DNA of 64,000 bases. Origin: Anaerolineae bacterium. GTDB lineage: Bacteria > Chloroflexota > Anaerolineae > DRVO01. The notes below the pieces were generated by a model that was given only the letters and a program-made list of their open reading frames with translations, ran no database searches and had not been told where the DNA came from. The DNA is taken from the NCBI GenBank assembly GCA_050945695.1, contig JBMNTK010000001.1, positions 7,729 to 71,728 on the forward strand, in the 5' to 3' direction. The stretch's first letter is position 1. Each line of letters opens with the position of its first letter. Shown piece after piece: positions 60,019 to 64,000 of this stretch. The position numbers and the translations under genes are program-made.

Positions 60019-60963
60019 ATGGAGGCTTTCCCCGTGGATCACCTGCTCACGCTGGCGGACCTGTCAACGGCTGAGATCCGGCGCCTGTTGGAGCTGGCGC
60101 GGGAACTGCGCCAGGAATGGCAGAGCGGTGGCAACCGACCGCTGCTGGCGGGTCGGTGCCTGGGGATGATCTTCCAGAAGCCCTCCCTGCGCACGCGGGT
60201 GTCCTTCGAGCGGGCTATGCAGCACCTGGGGGGCTCGGCCATGTACCTATCTCCCCAGGAGATCCGGCTCGGAGAGCGCGAGAGCGTCCCTGACGTGGCC
60301 CGCGTCCTGAGCCGGTACGTCGAAGTCATCATGGCCCGGGTCTTTGCCCACTCTGATATCGAACAGCTGGCCGCCTACTCGCGCGTGCCGATGATCAACG
60401 GGCTCTCAGACAAGTATCACCCTTGTCAGGCCTTGGCCGACTACCTGACCATCTGGGACCGGTTCGGCCGCCTGGAGGGGATTCGCCTGGCCTACGTCGG
60501 GGACGGCAACAACGTGGCCCACTCGCTGCTGCTGGGGGGCGCCAAGCTCGGGGTCAGCGTCACTGTGGCCACCCCGTCGGGCTATGCCCCCGATGCGGAC
60601 GTGGTGGCGATGGCCCGGGCCGCGGCGGCCGAGACAGGAGCGGAGGTGACTCTGCTCGAGGACCCGGTCGAGGCCGTACGGGCCGCCGATGTCGTCTACA
60701 CCGACGTTTGGACCAGCATGGGCCAGGAGGCTGAGGCCGACGAACGCCGAGCCCGGTTTGTGGCCTATCGGGTGGACAGGGCGCTGATGGCCGAGGCTAG
60801 CCCAGACGCCATCGTCCTGCACTGCCTGCCCGCTCACCGAGGAGAGGAGATCACGGACGAGGTCATTGACGGGCCCCAATCAGCCGTCTTTGACCAGGCT
60901 GAGAACCGTCTGCACGCCCAGAAAGCCGTGTTGGCCGCGCTCTTTGGCCATGGAGGATTCTAG
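60019..60963 (+). CDS. argF: Ornithine carbamoyltransferase
   Basis: STRTR motif ([11 protein letters not shown]), [10 protein letters not shown]; 314 aa. The ORF-track upstream extension is repeat DNA. Confidence 0.92.
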   Translation: MEAFPVDHLLTLADLSTAEIRRLLELARELRQEWQSGGNRPLLAGRCLGMIFQKPSLRTRVSFERAMQHLGGSAMYLSPQEIRLGERESVPDVARVLSRYVEVIMARVFAHSDIEQLAAYSRVPMINGLSDKYHPCQALADYLTIWDRFGRLEGIRLAYVGDGNNVAHSLLLGGAKLGVSVTVATPSGYAPDADVVAMARAAAAETGAEVTLLEDPVEAVRAADVVYTDVWTSMGQEAEADERRARFVAYRVDRALMAEASPDAIVLHCLPAHRGEEITDEVIDGPQSAVFDQAENRLHAQKAVLAALFGHGGF

Positions 60964-61062
60964 CCCACGGCTGGCTTGCCGGTTTCTGATGCCCTTATCG
61001 AGAGGAGCGGAACGCCTTGTGGCCCCGCCCCACCGACGGTTACCAACTGAAGGAATGCCTTA

Positions 61063-61905
61063 GTGTCCCAGCTCACATGGTTGGTGCAGCGGCTCACCTG
61101 GCTCAGCCTGCTGGACATACTGCTGGTGGCAGCCATCATCTATGGCCTGCTCACCCTCTTGCGACGCACCCAGGCGGTGCTGGTGCTGCGCGGGCTCATT
61201 ATCGTTGCCATCCTCGCCGTTCTCATGACCACCCTGCTGCCCCTTCCCGCCTTTACCTGGCTTGTCAGCAATTCCCTACCTGCCCTTCTCGTGGCCATCC
61301 CCGTCATCTTCCAGCCAGAGCTGCGCCGGGCCCTGGAGCGCCTGGGGCGCGCCGGCCCGATGGCCAGCTGGTTTGGTCGCGAAGTGTCCATGGACCTGGC
61401 CATCGAAGAGGTGGCCGATGCCTGCGTGCGCCTGGGAGAGAGGCGGCATGGCGCCCTCATCGTGTTCGAACGGGAAACCGGCCTACAGGACATCATTGAC
61501 ACCGGGGTCTCGCTAGACGCCGAGGTCAGCAGCGAGCTGCTCCTGACCATCTTCTACCCCAACACCGCTCTGCACGACCAGGCCGTCATCATCCGGAACG
61601 GCCGCATCGCCGCTGCCTCCGCCGTGCTGCCCCTGTCGGAGCGCCTGGCCACCAGCCACGTTCTTGGTACCCGCCACAAGGCCGGTATCGGCGTGACAGA
61701 GCGCAGCGATGCCGTGGCGGTGATCGTGTCCGAAGAGACCGGCATCATCAGTATTGCCCACAACGGGCGTATGATCCGCCGTCTGGACGGGGAGCGGCTG
61801 CGCAACATCCTGCGGGCGTTCTTCACTCGCTCCAGCGACCTGACCCTGGCCAGCCGGCTCCGCGGTGTCTTTCCTGGCAACGCCAGTCGCTCCCGAATAG
61901 CGTGA
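61063..61905 (+). CDS. cdaA: Diadenylate cyclase CdaA (DisA_N domain)
   Basis: Three N-terminal TM; DAC domain GALIVFERETGLQDI...DGAVIIRNGRIAAASAVLPLS...TRHKAGIGVTERSDAVAVIVSEETG. Confidence 0.9.
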   Translation: MSQLTWLVQRLTWLSLLDILLVAAIIYGLLTLLRRTQAVLVLRGLIIVAILAVLMTTLLPLPAFTWLVSNSLPALLVAIPVIFQPELRRALERLGRAGPMASWFGREVSMDLAIEEVADACVRLGERRHGALIVFERETGLQDIIDTGVSLDAEVSSELLLTIFYPNTALHDQAVIIRNGRIAAASAVLPLSERLATSHVLGTRHKAGIGVTERSDAVAVIVSEETGIISIAHNGRMIRRLDGERLRNILRAFFTRSSDLTLASRLRGVFPGNASRSRIA

Positions 61906-61912
61906 GCCTAGA

Positions 61913-63190
61913 ATGGAGCCTAGGTTGAGAAGAATCATCAATACGCTCGGTTCCATCCTGTTGTCTTTAGTGTTGGCTTTCATCATTTGGGCCGGCGCCA
62001 CCAGCGCCGAGAACCCTCCGGTCACCCAGGCCTTCCGCCAGCCCATCCCTATCCAGCTACGCAACCAGCCCGAGGGCACCGTCGTGGTAACCCGGACGGA
62101 GTCATCGGTGCAGCTGCGCCTGACTGCCCCCCAGAACACCTGGACGGTCCTCGGGACCAACGACATTGATGCCTACGTGGATCTATCCCAGGCACCGGTC
62201 GGCTCCGAAGTAGAGCTGCCGGTCACGGTGCAGATCAAGCGGCCCGGCATTCGAGTGGTCGAGCAGTCTCCCGTCCTGACGAGGATCCGCCTTGAGCGAC
62301 TGTCCAGCAAGCAGGTGCCGGTGCGAGTCAACATCATCGACTCGCCGCCCCTGGGATACGTCACGCGGGAACCGGTTGTAGACCCGGCGCAGGTCACGGT
62401 GAGCGGGCCCGAGCCCGCCGTCCAGAGCATTGTCTCGGCGGGGGTGGATGTCTGGCTGCGCGGTACCACTGAGACGGTAGACCGTTCCCTGGCGCCCACT
62501 CCTCTGGATGAGGACGGGCTCCCGGTGACAGGGGTGACCATGCAGCCCTCGGTGGTAAACGTGCGGGTGGAGCTGGCCCAGAGGGCAAACTGGGAGCCTT
62601 CCGTCCCCGTGCGGGTCAACCTGGTGGGCGAGCCGGCGGCCCTCTACTCGGTCAGCAACATCACCGTGACGCCATCGCGAGTTACGCTTCTAGGCTTGCC
62701 TGCGGCCCTGGACGAGATCGAGGGCTACATCAACACCGAGCCCATAGACATCACCGGGGCGACCGACTCCATCTCCATGCGGGTGGCTCTGGAGTTGCCC
62801 CCAGGGGTGACGGTGGTCCCCGACAGCCCCGAGGCTTCGCAGACAGTCCTGGTCAGTGTCGAGATCGTTCCGATTACGGCCAGCCGTACCATGCAGGTGC
62901 CGGTTCGTGCCCAGGGTATCGCCCCCGGGCTCGAAGCTCACTTCTCTCCCGAGACCGTGGATGTGATCCTCAACGGTCCTCTGGCCCAGCTCCAGAACCT
63001 CGCTCCCGAGAGCGTAGAGGCCACGGTGAACCTGGTAGACCTGGCGCCCGGCACGCACCGCCTCACCCCCACCGTGATCGTGCCTGCCGGCATCGAGCTG
63101 AGGGGCATCCTGCCGGAGGCCGTGGAGGTGCAGCTCATCGCGACCGAGGCCACTCCCGAACCGGAGGCGACCGCTGCTCCCTCGGGCTAA
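61913..63190 (+). CDS. cdaR: CdaA regulatory protein CdaR (YbbR-like domain repeats)
   Basis: N-terminal TM then four YbbR-like beta-rich repeats; immediately downstream of cdaA. Confidence 0.8.
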   Translation: MEPRLRRIINTLGSILLSLVLAFIIWAGATSAENPPVTQAFRQPIPIQLRNQPEGTVVVTRTESSVQLRLTAPQNTWTVLGTNDIDAYVDLSQAPVGSEVELPVTVQIKRPGIRVVEQSPVLTRIRLERLSSKQVPVRVNIIDSPPLGYVTREPVVDPAQVTVSGPEPAVQSIVSAGVDVWLRGTTETVDRSLAPTPLDEDGLPVTGVTMQPSVVNVRVELAQRANWEPSVPVRVNLVGEPAALYSVSNITVTPSRVTLLGLPAALDEIEGYINTEPIDITGATDSISMRVALELPPGVTVVPDSPEASQTVLVSVEIVPITASRTMQVPVRAQGIAPGLEAHFSPETVDVILNGPLAQLQNLAPESVEATVNLVDLAPGTHRLTPTVIVPAGIELRGILPEAVEVQLIATEATPEPEATAAPSG

Positions 63191-63209
63191 GCTGCTGGCT
63201 GGGGCCGGC

Positions 63210-64000
63210 GTGAGGCTCTATGGGCGTCGTGCCCTCCTGGCTGGGGCGGCCCTGACCCTGGCGGCCACTGCCGCCGGCGGGCCGGCCTGCCCCAGGGGCT
63301 CGACCCAAGCCAGGGATGAGGTGGAGCAGTTCCTGCATCTGCTGGCAGAGGAAGACGCGGCCCCTCACCTGCTGCGCCCGGCTCTGGACTCGGTGACCTC
63401 GGCCTTGCCGGAGCAGGTCCGGCAGCGGCTGGCCGTGGCAGCCGGGCAGGTGTGCATCTCGGAGGGGGATTTCCTCAGCTACTCATTGCTGGAGGGCTTG
63501 CCCTTCTCGGCTCGGCTCCTGTCTCACTATGTACCCCGTTGTCTGGCCTTTTGCGTACCCGGAGGCCCGGGGCAGAACGGGCTCCTCGGAGCGGGCATGT
63601 TGCCTGCCCTGCTACCCCCGTCCTGGCGTCCCTCCTCCGGCCACAAGGGGCTGGGGTTTGGGCTGCGTCCGGGGCTCTACCTGGGAGCTAACCCCGGGCT
63701 GGCCGTCGCCACTCTCCTGGACCCGGGGGCCGAGTGGTTGGGCCCCGGCATTCCCCCCGCGGCCGCCGGCGAGTACTGCTTGGAGACCGCTCGTTCGCCC
63801 GAGGCGGCCCTGAAGGTGTTGGCCGAGCTCCGACCGGCGCGCTCTTCCCGCTACCTCCTCTGTGATCCGGTGGCGGGCGGCGCCATGCTAGTGGAAGTGG
63901 GCCTGAGACCCAAGGTTGCGCCGGTGGAAGAGCCTTTCATGGTGGTGAGCTCGGCCGGGCCCTCCGCAGAGCCCAATGCCGAACGCCTGCGCGCCGGCCT
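63210..64000 (+). CDS. Secreted hypothetical protein (3' partial at window end)
   Basis: GTG start. Signal-like RRALLAGAALTLAATAAG. Open in frame to the window end with high GC3. Absent from the ORF track only because it lacks a stop inside the window. Confidence 0.45.
   Translation, partial: MRLYGRRALLAGAALTLAATAAGGPACPRGSTQARDEVEQFLHLLAEEDAAPHLLRPALDSVTSALPEQVRQRLAVAAGQVCISEGDFLSYSLLEGLPFSARLLSHYVPRCLAFCVPGGPGQNGLLGAGMLPALLPPSWRPSSGHKGLGFGLRPGLYLGANPGLAVATLLDPGAEWLGPGIPPAAAGEYCLETARSPEAALKVLAELRPARSSRYLLCDPVAGGAMLVEVGLRPKVAPVEEPFMVVSSAGPSAEPNAERLRAG

Overview
High-GC (~65-70%) bacterial chromosomal window, densely coding on both strands. Most genes are core or housekeeping: gltX, argF, surE, rdgB, the cdaA-cdaR c-di-AMP operon, a UbiB kinase, a Fur regulator, PspA, three two-component systems, several ABC transporters, and sugar and oxidoreductase enzymes. 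The gene content suggests a high-GC monoderm, possibly Chloroflexota-like, but the phylum call is low confidence. I found no rRNA, tRNA or CRISPR arrays. The most unusual loci are: (i) a three-gene minus-strand operon (28128-30440) of a DUF2089-type zinc-ribbon/HTH protein followed by two pentapeptide-repeat proteins that all share one short helical motif, driven by a consensus sigma70 promoter; (ii) a ~200-bp MITE-like inverted-repeat element present twice (5980-6170, 42144-42350); (iii) a second, mosaic GC-rich REP-like repeat family at five or more intergenic loci; (iv) a CooT-like Ni-binding protein, His-rich mini-protein and Fur-family regulator operon; (v) a truncated HEPN/nucleotidyltransferase TA-like pair; (vi) two copies of a perfect 16-bp palindrome before a methyltransferase; (vii) an AT-richer intergenic island with an atypical small ORF; (viii) a twice-frameshifted secreted FG-GAP pseudogene. 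The supplied six-frame track is heavily over-called, as expected at this GC, and I retained only ORFs supported by recognisable motifs, operon context, RBS or codon bias.
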